DNA of 64,000 nt from Leptonemataceae bacterium (lineage in GTDB: Bacteria; Spirochaetota; Leptospiria; Leptospirales; Leptonemataceae): positions 4,064,001-4,128,000 of the forward strand of contig OZ245742.1 in assembly GCA_965227295.1 (NCBI GenBank), given 5' to 3'. The translations under genes were made by a program, and so were the position numbers. This document shows, in pieces, positions 8,143-18,740 of the stretch. The notes beneath the pieces were generated by a model that was given only the letters and a program-made list of their open reading frames with translations, ran no database searches and was not told the origin of the DNA. The first letter of the stretch is position 1; each line of letters begins with the position of its first letter.

Positions 8143-11100
8143 ATGCAGCCGGGTACGAATCTATCATCCAATCGAGTAAGTCGTCGGCGAGCGACGCTCC
8201 CATCTCTGCGAAGATGGAAGCAGTGGCATCGCCTCACGGCCGCGATCCTGTTCCTTACCTGTTTCGGCACATTTACCGGGCCGCATACCACGATTCAGGC
8301 GCAGCCGGTGCCGGTCCCGAGTCTGAATACCAATCCTTTTCAGAGCGGTGACTTTGATCCGTACTTTCAAAAAGCGCTCAGCAGCAATACCCAGGCCTCC
8401 TGGGAGTATATCGTAAGTCAGGGCCGCTATTCCCTGGCCGCGCAATGGGAGGCCGCCGTTGACACGGAGATTGCGAATCATCTCAGCGCGGTCGGCACCA
8501 GTGATCACTTCCACACCGTCGCGGAGTACCGCGACTATCTCAAAGACGAGCTGCAGTTACAAAAACAAACCGCCTTCGCCGCCTGGGAACTCTCCGCCGA
8601 TGTCATCATCGAAGGGCGCCGCGAATCTTTCCTGGCGGCCCTGGCAGCCGAGAAGCAACGCAAGACCCTCCAGGAATCCGACGACACCATCGACGAAGCG
8701 GACACCAGCGTGCCCGATATTTCCGACCAGCAGCGAGATTGGGAAGAAGAATTCGGCGACGCCGTGGACGACGGTTTCCAGCAATTCCAGAAGGCCCTGG
8801 GCGAGGTGCACTTCGAGTACACCAGCTTTCTCGGGGAACTCCAGCAGAAAGAAGACGAGTTCGAGGAATACCGCCTGCAGATCGAACACTACGAACAGGT
8901 CGTACGGGACGGCATCCAGCAGACGGTCTACAACCTCGACAACTATCTCCAGAGCAACGGTCTCTTCCATAAAGAAACCTGCGTGGCCGAGGGGGCCGCG
9001 GCGACCCAGACCCAGACGTGCACCACGGACATGAACACCTACAGCGATGCCGGCGACCGGCTGAATACGCTGATCCACGATCTCCAGGACGGCCTGGACC
9101 AGGACGCGCCGCTCTCGACGCTGGCCACGTTGATGAACGACTACCTGGAGGACGAGCACCAGATCGCCGAAGATCGGCGTGATTACTGGGACGGGCTCAT
9201 CCGCAATAACTACACGTACGATCGTGCCGGATTCGCGCTCAATAACAACGCCTACGGCGTCCCTGAAATCAGCCATGCGCTGGCGGTCCTCGGCGGCGGT
9301 ATGAACGCCGGCATTGCCGGAATGGTGGCGGCGAACAACGATCCGCGCGTCGTGGAGTCGGTCAACTGGGCGAACGTTCGCGGTTACTCGCATAGCTACA
9401 ACGTACACCCCGATCAGGTCGGCCACAGCGGTGCCGGTGAATCCTACAACCCGCACGGGGACAATGCCTTCCATTTTAACTGGGAACAAAAACACACTTA
9501 TGTGTACGCCTGCCCGGGACCGTACGGCATTGCATGGTGTCCGGGCGAGTATACCAGCCATCATACTTCGTACGAACAGTACGGTCACGTCCAGGTAAAC
9601 TACAACTGGTACGATCCTAACGCCGATGCCAACCACCAGATCTGGAGCGGCTACGTCAACGACATGGATCCGGTGCTCGCTCACTGGCGTGACAACATCG
9701 TACCGTCCATTCAGAATTGGGAAGCCCAGGTGGCGGAGTACACGGCGAACCACCAGGCCTATCTCGCGAGCGCCGCGGTCCAGCGGGAACAGGCCGCGCA
9801 GCAGTACAATGACAGCGTCAACCGTATCGTCGAAAGCCGCAATAAGTGGCTCACGCAAATGAGCGAGGAGTATCGCAAGGGCCGCAACGAATGGGTCGTC
9901 CTGGGCAAGACCACGGTAGAGCCCAACGCGGCGGCACCGGAGTTCGAAACGACGGCCGCAGCATTCTCGAACAAACTGAATGACATCGCCGCGGCCGGCG
10001 TCGTGCCGGAAATAGAGAAGCCGGATCTGAACGTTCTGGTGGATCTACACAAGAGCTTTCAGCAGGCCACCCAGGGCGTGGTCAACCTGGCCCTGGCCGG
10101 TCAATTAAACGACAACGTCGTCGAACAACGCAACGCCGTTGTGCAGGCCGTCGCGGAAAATATCGGCGCCAACTACTTCGAGAACATGACCGAGGAGCAG
10201 CGCCAGAAGGCTGCCGAAGATCGTGCCGCGCAAACCGGTGAGAGCATCCCGGAAGCCCTGGAGGCCTTGCGCCAGGACGCGGCCGAGCGTCAGTATAACG
10301 TTACCATCGACGAAAACGGCCGCATCATCGCCACGCGGGACATTGCGAGCGGGAACGCCAGCCGGACCGGTGGGAACGGGACTTCCGCCGACGACTACAC
10401 GGCAGAACAAATTGAGCAGCGCCTTGTGATTGCACCGCCGCCGGCGGTGAAGCTCGTGGCCACCGCCGGTCTCTTCGATACCTGGGATCACAACGAAGTG
10501 ATGACCGATCACTTCGACACCCAGGAGACGTACGGCGAATCGCTGACTAACTACTACGAGTACATCGGCGGTGAGACCGAGGCCGCGGACGAAGTGCGTG
10601 CGGAAAACCAGGCGATGTTTCAGGCCCAGGTCGAGGCCAACATCGTTGCGGCCAACAATCGTCGCTCCGGCGGCTGGAAGGCCTATGCCGAGGGCATCTT
10701 CCAGGGAGTCATGAGCGGACTGAGCATCGAGGCGGCGGCGCAACAGTTTCAGCACAACCAGTGGGCGGCCGAGGCGGCGCGGCTCACCGGCATCCCTATG
10801 GACTTCTTCGGCAGCGTACTCGCCGGCGGACGCTGGCAGGATGCACTAACTGATGCCACGGAGTACTTAGTAGAAGATTATACGGCGAAAGCCGTGGCGA
10901 AGGCCACCGGCCTGCCCATCGATTTTATCGGCGGCATGGTCAACGGCGCGTCTCTGGACATCAGCGGCGAGACCATGGGCGCCGCGTTCCAGAACTACAC
11001 GAACCAGGTGTGGTCCGAGACCCTGGAAGAACAAACGGGCATTCCCGGCCTGGGCGCGCTGGTGATGGAACGTATGCAGGAGCACATCGACGAGCGCGAG

Positions 11101-14100
11101 CGTGTGAACGACGAGCGCAACATGCTGGGTGCCCTGCTGACGCCGGCGGGCCCGTATGCGGCGGCCGCGTACGCGATGAAACATACGGAGTTCGGACGTG
11201 AAGCCACGAATTCCGCGCTGGGTGTTTTGAGCGGGCGCATCCCGATGGAAGCGATGGGCCTGCCGCCGGGCCTCGGAGTGAGCGGAGGTCTGACCGGGAT
11301 CATCGGCGGGCAATTGGGTTGTGACGTCTGCCAGGGACTGCCCGGCGGCATGATCCCCGCCGATGCGGACGAACTCTGGGATTCCGTCGACGACATGAGT
11401 GATATCGCGAACGGACGGGTGGACGGTCGCGATCTGGAAGAGAAGTACCGCGACCGCCTGGATCGTTACGCGGCGCAAAACCAGGCGGCCATGGACGGCT
11501 TTGAGAATATGACTCTCGCGGATCTGCCCGGTCGCATCGGCCAGGGCATTACCGGTTATCTTTCCGGGGCGATGGGCGCCGTCATGGGGCCGCTCGGTGC
11601 GCTCATGAATCCGCCGGACGAGTTTTCTCCGGCCGAGCTGGCTGTCCGCGAAAGTCTGATGCAACAGGTCGTCGACGTCACCGGTCAGAACGAAGCGTTC
11701 TTGATGTCGATGGCCCGGGGCGAGAGCGCCCAGGAAGCATTGTATGCCCAGGCCTACGACGACGCGGCCACCTCGATCTACGGCGACGACATCCCCCCGC
11801 AACTGCGCGCACAGGTCGTGGGCGCGGTTCGCCAGTACACCGAACATACTTTAGAAAGATTAGAATTCCAGCGCCAGCGTGAACGCGCGGCGAACGATCC
11901 CTGGAACATCTGGCGCGGTGCTCAATACGGCAGCAAGGATCAGCAGATGGCCCTCCAGGCCGCGGAGATCGGCGCGGGTGTTGCGGCCTCTGTGGCCACC
12001 GCGGGTTGGGCGGCGCCGGCCTTCATCAGCTACATGGCGGCCAAGGGTTCTTACATGGGTTCCCAGGATGGCGGCGGCGCCATCGGTGCGCTGGCCGGCG
12101 GCCTGTCGGTGGTCGTGTCGCAGATGACGCCGGTGCAGTTGGATCTGGCTTACAGCGAAGATAACGGCTTCGGCGGTTCGATCGGCTTCGGTTATCAGAT
12201 TGAGAACACGCCGCTTACCGTGGGGGCGAGCATTTCGTTCCAGGAGGGTGAGGGCATTACCGGTGCCGGGTTGAATGCGGGCGTTAAGATCGAAGACGAT
12301 GATTCGGATTTCAACGGCGTCGGCGGCGGTCTCAGCCTGAACTTCGATGGTCAGGGAACCTTTACCGGCGGTTCGCTCGGTGTGAACTACGGCGAAGAGA
12401 ACGAAGAAAACGATTCGTCCTGGGGTGTGAACGCCGGCCTTAACTTCGGATCCGATTTGAGTTATACGGGATTCTCGGCGGGGGCGAATGCATCGTTCGA
12501 AAACTTCCAGCCCAACGACATGTTCACCGAGTTTACGATGGGCATGGACTTCAACTTCAACCGCGAGGGGGACTTCTCCGTCGGCATCAATCAAACCATG
12601 TCCCACGGCTACGGCCTGGTCGGCGGCGTGAACGGCGTCAAACTCACGAACAACAATACGTTCAGCTTCAATCCCGACGGTAGCCTGGCCGACGTCAGCC
12701 AGAACATCGATCAGAGTCTCAGCAGGCTCAAGGCCGCGAAGGCGCGCGAGAACATCATGGAGCGCTGGGAGGAGATGGAGCAGCAGTACGACGACCTCAT
12801 CTTCAACAGCGACGGCATGGATCCGGACGAGTACGCGGAGCGTATGGCCGAGTTCGAAGAGGACATGCAGCATCTCCAGATGATGCGGCGCTGGGCGGAT
12901 CCGAAGTACGCGGCGCGGCAGACGGCGATTGAGCGGGCGCGGGAAGCGGGGGATACAGAAACGGCGAACCGTTTGATGATGGGCGGGGAGTTGACGAAGG
13001 CGGATTGGCTCAAATACATCACTTTGCATGAGGACAACAAGGCCGCGGGCGACAGTCGTGATGAAGACAGCTGGGTCGATACCATGCTGGGTAAGGTTGA
13101 GGACGGCATCCGCAATTTCTTCTGGCATCACAGTGACGATGCCGGCTACGTCGATGCAGAGGGCAACTATCATGAACGTACATGCTTTACTGCGGGAACT
13201 CTTATACGAGTACATCCCGACACGAAAGGCGCCTTCGAACGGAACGGGGCCTGGTTTAAGGAGATCGAAAACATTCGCGTCGGCGACGTTGTGCTGAGCT
13301 GGAATGAGGGTACCGGAGAGCTTTCTTATAACCCGGTTACTTTTATATTCGAAAACGAGACGACTCTGGTTCACACCATCAGTTACGAGGATGGAACAGT
13401 AGTAGAAACAACCTGGAATCACCCATTCTATATCGCCGGTCGTGGCTGGGTCGAGACAAAAGACCTACGAATCGGCCAGCATTCATACACCCCCCGCGAC
13501 CTTGGGTTTCCCCCTGTCTCTGTCAACAAGGCGGAAGGAAGCTGGTTTGGCGACATATCAGTGCGGGAAATCGGGCTAAAGATTACGGGAATTTCCCAGG
13601 AGCTTCGGCGCGAGACGGTGTACAATATTGAAGTCGATAAGGACCATACCTATTTCGTGACGGAATCTCAGGTTCTGGTGCACAACTATCTCCCGTTCAT
13701 TATCGGTGCAGCCGGGGTGATCCTTTTTCTCGGTGTTAACAGAGGCCTGGGAGAGGATGGTGATACGGACGAGGAATACCTTGAACAGCAGCTTATGGGT
13801 GCGGGTATTACTCTCGGTGCCGGCGTATGTGTGGCAGGCGGCTGCGCAGCACTGGCCACCTGGCTGGGCAACGCCTACAACAGCGCGGGTTCCTTTCAAC
13901 TCGCGTATCTGGCCGGAGGGGCTCCGAATCTGACGTATGCTCTGACTCGTCTACTCCAGAATCCCGCGAATGCGACACGACTGAATTTCGTATCGCAAAA
14001 TGGAACACGGTTTCGTATCCTGCCCTCGGCACTTAAGCACGTTCCAGAATTCACACGGAACGCAACTACACATTCGGTGCCTCTCCAACATCAGATGCGC

Positions 14101-14253
14101 TCGCAACAAATGTTTTCAAATATAGAACATGTTGTGAATCAGGGAATTCGATACGGTGAAAAAATCAATTACAGGGGATGGGAGTTCATATTTCAAAGAG
14201 CTCGTGATGGAGGCACCCCGGTTCTGATCCATGCCCAGCCGACAGGTATGTGA
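8143..14253 (+). CDS. Giant secreted TIGR04388-like protein with HINT domain and C-terminal toxin-like tip
   Basis: Signal peptide ending IQA-QPVPVPSL, long helical body, Gly-rich beta-strand repeats, CFTAGT...VLVHN HINT domain, ~188-aa tip. Confidence 0.88.
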   Translation: MQPGTNLSSNRVSRRRATLPSLRRWKQWHRLTAAILFLTCFGTFTGPHTTIQAQPVPVPSLNTNPFQSGDFDPYFQKALSSNTQASWEYIVSQGRYSLAAQWEAAVDTEIANHLSAVGTSDHFHTVAEYRDYLKDELQLQKQTAFAAWELSADVIIEGRRESFLAALAAEKQRKTLQESDDTIDEADTSVPDISDQQRDWEEEFGDAVDDGFQQFQKALGEVHFEYTSFLGELQQKEDEFEEYRLQIEHYEQVVRDGIQQTVYNLDNYLQSNGLFHKETCVAEGAAATQTQTCTTDMNTYSDAGDRLNTLIHDLQDGLDQDAPLSTLATLMNDYLEDEHQIAEDRRDYWDGLIRNNYTYDRAGFALNNNAYGVPEISHALAVLGGGMNAGIAGMVAANNDPRVVESVNWANVRGYSHSYNVHPDQVGHSGAGESYNPHGDNAFHFNWEQKHTYVYACPGPYGIAWCPGEYTSHHTSYEQYGHVQVNYNWYDPNADANHQIWSGYVNDMDPVLAHWRDNIVPSIQNWEAQVAEYTANHQAYLASAAVQREQAAQQYNDSVNRIVESRNKWLTQMSEEYRKGRNEWVVLGKTTVEPNAAAPEFETTAAAFSNKLNDIAAAGVVPEIEKPDLNVLVDLHKSFQQATQGVVNLALAGQLNDNVVEQRNAVVQAVAENIGANYFENMTEEQRQKAAEDRAAQTGESIPEALEALRQDAAERQYNVTIDENGRIIATRDIASGNASRTGGNGTSADDYTAEQIEQRLVIAPPPAVKLVATAGLFDTWDHNEVMTDHFDTQETYGESLTNYYEYIGGETEAADEVRAENQAMFQAQVEANIVAANNRRSGGWKAYAEGIFQGVMSGLSIEAAAQQFQHNQWAAEAARLTGIPMDFFGSVLAGGRWQDALTDATEYLVEDYTAKAVAKATGLPIDFIGGMVNGASLDISGETMGAAFQNYTNQVWSETLEEQTGIPGLGALVMERMQEHIDERERVNDERNMLGALLTPAGPYAAAAYAMKHTEFGREATNSALGVLSGRIPMEAMGLPPGLGVSGGLTGIIGGQLGCDVCQGLPGGMIPADADELWDSVDDMSDIANGRVDGRDLEEKYRDRLDRYAAQNQAAMDGFENMTLADLPGRIGQGITGYLSGAMGAVMGPLGALMNPPDEFSPAELAVRESLMQQVVDVTGQNEAFLMSMARGESAQEALYAQAYDDAATSIYGDDIPPQLRAQVVGAVRQYTEHTLERLEFQRQRERAANDPWNIWRGAQYGSKDQQMALQAAEIGAGVAASVATAGWAAPAFISYMAAKGSYMGSQDGGGAIGALAGGLSVVVSQMTPVQLDLAYSEDNGFGGSIGFGYQIENTPLTVGASISFQEGEGITGAGLNAGVKIEDDDSDFNGVGGGLSLNFDGQGTFTGGSLGVNYGEENEENDSSWGVNAGLNFGSDLSYTGFSAGANASFENFQPNDMFTEFTMGMDFNFNREGDFSVGINQTMSHGYGLVGGVNGVKLTNNNTFSFNPDGSLADVSQNIDQSLSRLKAAKARENIMERWEEMEQQYDDLIFNSDGMDPDEYAERMAEFEEDMQHLQMMRRWADPKYAARQTAIERAREAGDTETANRLMMGGELTKADWLKYITLHEDNKAAGDSRDEDSWVDTMLGKVEDGIRNFFWHHSDDAGYVDAEGNYHERTCFTAGTLIRVHPDTKGAFERNGAWFKEIENIRVGDVVLSWNEGTGELSYNPVTFIFENETTLVHTISYEDGTVVETTWNHPFYIAGRGWVETKDLRIGQHSYTPRDLGFPPVSVNKAEGSWFGDISVREIGLKITGISQELRRETVYNIEVDKDHTYFVTESQVLVHNYLPFIIGAAGVILFLGVNRGLGEDGDTDEEYLEQQLMGAGITLGAGVCVAGGCAALATWLGNAYNSAGSFQLAYLAGGAPNLTYALTRLLQNPANATRLNFVSQNGTRFRILPSALKHVPEFTRNATTHSVPLQHQMRSQQMFSNIEHVVNQGIRYGEKINYRGWEFIFQRARDGGTPVLIHAQPTGM
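13183..13686 (+). other. Polymorphic-toxin-type HINT (intein-like) autoprocessing domain
   Basis: CFTAGTLI start, IENIRVGDVVLS, TTWNHPFY, VYNIEVDKDHTYFV, terminal VLVHN. Confidence 0.93.
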
Positions 14254-14254
14254 A

Positions 14255-14791
14255 GTGTTCGGTTCAATCAAAACTGAATTTACGACCTCGGTGACGTGTG
14301 ACGGCTATGTACCTTTTCAGATCCGCTTCCTGACGCAACGGATTGAAACAGGTCCGATCGGCTGGATTCGCTATACGGACTCCCGGCATCTTCTGGAGAT
14401 CGGTGTTGATTTACAGAGTGGAATGCTACAGGATATTTCGTTAGTTCTGATTCCGTCCGAATGGGTGTTGTATGCAGACAACCGAGATGCAGCTCCAGAA
14501 ATAGTCCACGGCGTTTTGCCGATGATGGAGGAAGAGGCCCGGAAAAAGTGTTTCGGGACAGATATTTTCGCCGACCCGGGCACGCTAAAATACGATATTC
14601 AACAGGGTTTTCAACTCATGATAATGGATAAATATGTATCTTTGAATATCTCCCATAAAAAGGAATATCGGGTTCTGGGAGACGCCTCCGTTGGTATTGG
14701 CCTGACGGAGGCAGGGGAGCTTTCAGCTGTCTACCTGCGGGATATGAGTGCACAGGACCGAGAAATGATCCAGGTTGCAATCGGCGCATGA
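14255..14791 (+). CDS. Candidate cognate immunity protein (alternative start ATG 14231)
   Basis: Begins 1 nt after the toxin stop, shares the AT-richer composition of the tip, has no signal peptide. Confidence 0.65.
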   Translation: MFGSIKTEFTTSVTCDGYVPFQIRFLTQRIETGPIGWIRYTDSRHLLEIGVDLQSGMLQDISLVLIPSEWVLYADNRDAAPEIVHGVLPMMEEEARKKCFGTDIFADPGTLKYDIQQGFQLMIMDKYVSLNISHKKEYRVLGDASVGIGLTEAGELSAVYLRDMSAQDREMIQVAIGA

Positions 14792-14813
14792 ACGCCGCAA
14801 TCACGCGCAGACG

Positions 14814-15677
14814 ATGAAATTCAGACACGCTCTTAACGTCACAATTGCTCTTGTGCTCACCGCCTGCGGCCCGTCCGTCACCGTCGAAGACGCCGCGGAC
14901 GCCGCCGCGTTGAATCGGCTGGCGCGGCAGCACTATCAAAACGAGCAGTACGACAAAGCCGTCGAACTCTTCGATCGTGCCGAGGAACTCGATCCCACCA
15001 ACGCGCAATATCCCAACGATCGCGGCATGGCTCGACTGCGCCAGGGCAAGCCGTTACTGGCCGCCGTGGATTTTAAGCGGGCCATGAACATCGATCCGAA
15101 GCAGGCGATGTATCCGTACAATCGCGGCCTGGCCTACGTCCAGGCGGGCAAACGCCAACAGGCCGTCGCCGCGTTTGAAAGAGCCATTGAGCTGAACCCG
15201 AACTACTACGATCCGCCGGCGTATCTGGGATTGCTCAATTACAACGAACAGGATTACAAGAACGCGCGCAAGTACTGGGAGCAGGCCGTAAAGATCCACG
15301 ACAACGCCGAGCTGCGGACGAACCTGGGCACCCTCGCTATCGCCATGGAACATCCCATCAATGCCGAGGCGCATCTGCTGGAAGCGATTGCGCTGGATCC
15401 GGAGTTCGCTCTGGCCTACTACAACCTGGGCGTGCTGCGGCAGTCCCAGGAAAAATATGCCGCGGCGGAAAGCAATTACCGCAAAGCCCTGGAGCTGGAT
15501 CCGGCAAACGTACGGCCTTATCTCAATCTGGGCATTGTCCTGACGCAACTCGATCGCAAAGACGAGGCCGTTCAGAACTTCGAGACGTTCATTCGCAAGG
15601 CCCCGCCGCGGCAGTACATGCAGCAGATCATCGACGCCCGGGCTCGCATCAACAAACTTCAGTCCGACGAAAGCTAG
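14814..15677 (+). CDS. TPR-repeat lipoprotein
   Basis: LVLTAC lipobox; repeated YNRG/YNLG...A..LDP TPR units. Confidence 0.9.
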   Translation: MKFRHALNVTIALVLTACGPSVTVEDAADAAALNRLARQHYQNEQYDKAVELFDRAEELDPTNAQYPNDRGMARLRQGKPLLAAVDFKRAMNIDPKQAMYPYNRGLAYVQAGKRQQAVAAFERAIELNPNYYDPPAYLGLLNYNEQDYKNARKYWEQAVKIHDNAELRTNLGTLAIAMEHPINAEAHLLEAIALDPEFALAYYNLGVLRQSQEKYAAAESNYRKALELDPANVRPYLNLGIVLTQLDRKDEAVQNFETFIRKAPPRQYMQQIIDARARINKLQSDES

Positions 15678-16321
15678 CCGCGAATCCAACCGAACATAAA
15701 CACCGCGTACGGAATCATAAACCACGGCGCGAACCACACGATGAAAGCGCGCCCGCGACTTAAGTCGAAGCGTTTCCGAAAGCCGCTCATGCTAATCCAG
15801 CCTTCCCAGGCCAGGCCGATCAGTACGAGAACGATAACGGCCCACAGACGAACGAACGCCGCGGTGCCCGGCTCCTGTAGCGATGAGATCGGCATCAGGT
15901 TATTCCAGACGTGGATCAACACGCCGAAGACGATCATGGGCAGCACGCCGTGACCGGAGATGCCGAAGATCGGCGCCGCCTTTTGCGGAATGCCGAAGAC
16001 GGCCAGGGCGATGAAACGCACCACGAACAGCATACCCAGCACCGGAAACCAGTAGAGCGGGGCCCAGAGCGTATCCCAGGGAATGCGATACTGTAGTTGG
16101 CCGACGTCCTCGCTGAGATCGATGTTGCGTTGATCCAAAAACTGTTCGCCCGTGGCGGTGATGGCGGCCTGGTTCGCCCAGGCCGTGCCGAAGACCAGCA
16201 GCATGCCGACGACCAGGAACAACGCGAACGCGATGAGGAAATTTCTTAACAGTGCGCGGTCTTCGGTTACCGCTGCGAAATAGGCGGCGGGACGGTACAG
16301 GGCTTCGAGGGCGGGGATCAT
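15674..16321 (-). CDS. Yip1-like integral membrane protein
   Basis: ALYRPAAYF N-terminus, about five TM segments, C-terminal LSRGRAF. Confidence 0.7.
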   Translation of the reverse strand: MIPALEALYRPAAYFAAVTEDRALLRNFLIAFALFLVVGMLLVFGTAWANQAAITATGEQFLDQRNIDLSEDVGQLQYRIPWDTLWAPLYWFPVLGMLFVVRFIALAVFGIPQKAAPIFGISGHGVLPMIVFGVLIHVWNNLMPISSLQEPGTAAFVRLWAVIVLVLIGLAWEGWISMSGFRKRFDLSRGRAFIVWFAPWFMIPYAVFMFGWIRG

Positions 16322-16455
16322 CGCGCGGCCTCCGAAAGCAAAGTGGGCGTTTGTTGAGCTTGCACGGGAAAGTATGGTACGATTGTAATTTAACGCAAGG
16401 AAAAACCAACGATATTCGCGTAAGTTTGCGAGACCGTTAGCGATTGGAAGGGGTG

Positions 16456-16533
16456 CGCGTTAGCGTACGTCCGGAGGGCGAAGCCCGTAAGATCGGAGCC
16501 GTAAGGCGGAGCTCCGGGTCGCGCAAGGCGCGT
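16456..16533. repeat. Multi-hairpin intergenic (REP-like) element, copy 2
   Basis: cgcgttagcgtacgtccggagggcgaagcccg, followed by gcc-gtaa-ggc and cgcgc-aag-gcgcg hairpins. Confidence 0.55.
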
Positions 16534-16541
16534 CGCTACAT

Positions 16542-16916
16542 TCAGCGAAGGGGAACGCCCTGGACTACCGTACTTAGATCAAACCAAACGTTTCGATTCT
16601 TCAGGACTTGTATTTTGGGCGCCCCCGCCGCTGCGCGGTATCGAAACTTTGTCTGGCAATTCGGGCAATATAGCTTGATGCCCGGTAATAATGTCGGCTC
16701 ACGTATTAATTCGCAATCGCAAGTTCGGCAATGTAGTTTTTTCTGCGCGCGCCAGTATTCAACGGTGTAGAGTTGCGGGGGCGCCAAAAAGAGATACAGG
16801 CGAAATTCGTCGAATAATGCATGTTCCAATGAGGAATACGCTTTCCCAATCAGGAAGAGAGCACCTGTGCTGATCAGCGTGGTTGCCACGCCGGTTATAA
16901 TTTCATTGCGCTTCAT
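16542..16916 (-). CDS. Membrane-anchored zinc-ribbon hypothetical protein
   Basis: N-terminal TM segment, CRTC...CPNC; AT-rich; directly downstream of lepA. Confidence 0.6.
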   Translation of the reverse strand: MKRNEIITGVATTLISTGALFLIGKAYSSLEHALFDEFRLYLFLAPPQLYTVEYWRAQKKLHCRTCDCELIREPTLLPGIKLYCPNCQTKFRYRAAAGAPKIQVLKNRNVWFDLSTVVQGVPLR

Positions 16917-16934
16917 GAAGACAGGGGCCGGTCC

Positions 16935-18740
16935 TTACTCATCAGTCTTGAGGACCGCCAAAAACGCTTCTTGCGGAATGTCCACGTTGCCGATGGACTT
17001 CATCTTCTTCTTACCCTCTTTCTGTTTCTCGAGGAGCTTGCGTTTCCGCGAGATGTCGCCGCCGTAACACTTGGCCGTCACGTTCTTGCGCAGGGCCGAG
17101 ATGTTCTCGCGCGCGATGACCTTCGCGCCGATGGCGGCCTGGAGGGGAATCTGAAACTGGTGGCGCGGGATCAGCTCTTTCAGCTTCTCGATGAGCATGC
17201 GCCCGCGATGTTCCGCCGTGCTGCGGTGGACAATCATGGCCAGGGCGTCCACCGGCTGTGCGTTCACCAGGATGTCCACTTTCACCAGTTGGGATTCGCG
17301 GTACGGGCCGAGTTCGTAGTCCAGGGACGCGTAGCCGCGGGAGCAGGATTTCAGCTTGTCGTAAAACTCGAAGATGAGTTCCGCGAGAGGCACGGCGTAG
17401 ATTAACTGAATCTTGCCGTCTTCTAAATAAATGATGTTCTCCTGGACGCCGCGCTTTTCTTGCAGCAGGTTCATGACGTTGCCGAGGTAATCCTGGGGCG
17501 TCATGATCGACGCTTTCACGAACGGCTCGGTCATCTTCTCGATGGTGACGGGGGCCGGCCAGCGGGACGGGTTGTCGATCTCCATCTCCTCGCCCTTCGT
17601 GGTGACGACATGATACTTCACCGTGGGCGCCGTAGATATCAACGCCAGGTCGAACTCACGGCTCAGTCGTTCCTGGACGATCTCCAGGTGCAGCAGACCC
17701 AGGTAACCCACGCGAAAGCCGAAGCCCAGGGCCGGCGAGGACTCCGGTTCGAAGACCAGGGCCGCGTCGTTCAGCTTTAACTTCATGATGGCGTCTTTTA
17801 AGGCCGGGTAGTCCTCGCCGTTGACCGGGAAGAGGCCGGCAAAGACCATGGGTTTCGCTTCCTGATAACCGGGCAGGGCTTTCACGGCGCGTTTGTCCGC
17901 CAGGGTGACCGTATCGCCCACCGGCGTGTCCTCGACGCTCTTGATCCCGGCGATGATGTAGCCCACCTCGCCGGCGTACAACGCTTTGCCGGGTTTGTTT
18001 ACGATGGTGGTGATGCCCAGCTCGGTAACGGTAAACTCACGCCCGGTAGACATTACGTGGATGCGATCCTGTTTCTGAACGCTGCCGTCAAAAACGCGCA
18101 CCTTCATTACGGCGCCGGCGTAGCTGTCATAGTAGGAATCGTAGATGAGCGCGCGCAACGGCGCATCCACCTCGCCGCCCGGGGCCGGGATTTTCTGAGC
18201 GATGGCCTCAAGAATCGCCTGGACGTTCTCGCCGGTCTTGCCCGAAACGGGAATGGCCTCGTCCGGGTCCAGGCCCAGGCTGTGATCGATCAACTTGCGC
18301 GTGCGCTCGATGTCGGCGGCGGGCAGGTCGATCTTGTTGATGACCGGGATGATCGTAAGATCGGCTTCCATGGCGAGATAGAGGTTCGCCAGGGTTTGGG
18401 CCTCGACGCCCTGGGTGGCGTCGACGATCAAAAGCACGCCTTCGCAGGCGGCCAGGGAGCGCGAGACCTCGTACGAAAAATCCACGTGGCCGGGAGTATC
18501 GATGAGATTGTAGATATAAGTGTTGCCGTCGAACTCCGCGGTGTACAGAAACGAGGCGCTGTTGGACTTAATGGTAATGCCCCGCTCGCGCTCGATGTCC
18601 ATGGTATCCATGATCTGATCGCGCTTTGTCCGCGCGTCGGTGACCCGGGTAAGTTCGAGCAGACGATCGGCCAGCGTGGATTTCCCGTGGTCGATGTGAG
18701 CGATGATGCTGAAGTTGCGGATGTAAGGGCGTTTGTCCAT
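16935..18740 (-). CDS. lepA: Elongation factor 4 (LepA)
   Basis: [57 protein letters not shown]. Confidence 0.99.
   Translation of the reverse strand: MDKRPYIRNFSIIAHIDHGKSTLADRLLELTRVTDARTKRDQIMDTMDIERERGITIKSNSASFLYTAEFDGNTYIYNLIDTPGHVDFSYEVSRSLAACEGVLLIVDATQGVEAQTLANLYLAMEADLTIIPVINKIDLPAADIERTRKLIDHSLGLDPDEAIPVSGKTGENVQAILEAIAQKIPAPGGEVDAPLRALIYDSYYDSYAGAVMKVRVFDGSVQKQDRIHVMSTGREFTVTELGITTIVNKPGKALYAGEVGYIIAGIKSVEDTPVGDTVTLADKRAVKALPGYQEAKPMVFAGLFPVNGEDYPALKDAIMKLKLNDAALVFEPESSPALGFGFRVGYLGLLHLEIVQERLSREFDLALISTAPTVKYHVVTTKGEEMEIDNPSRWPAPVTIEKMTEPFVKASIMTPQDYLGNVMNLLQEKRGVQENIIYLEDGKIQLIYAVPLAELIFEFYDKLKSCSRGYASLDYELGPYRESQLVKVDILVNAQPVDALAMIVHRSTAEHRGRMLIEKLKELIPRHQFQIPLQAAIGAKVIARENISALRKNVTAKCYGGDISRKRKLLEKQKEGKKKMKSIGNVDIPQEAFLAVLKTDE

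Noticed and set aside
13183..13686. Canonical splicing intein with homing endonuclease
   Set aside because: Only ~168 aa, no LAGLIDADG motifs, +1 residue is Tyr; fits a pretoxin HINT domain
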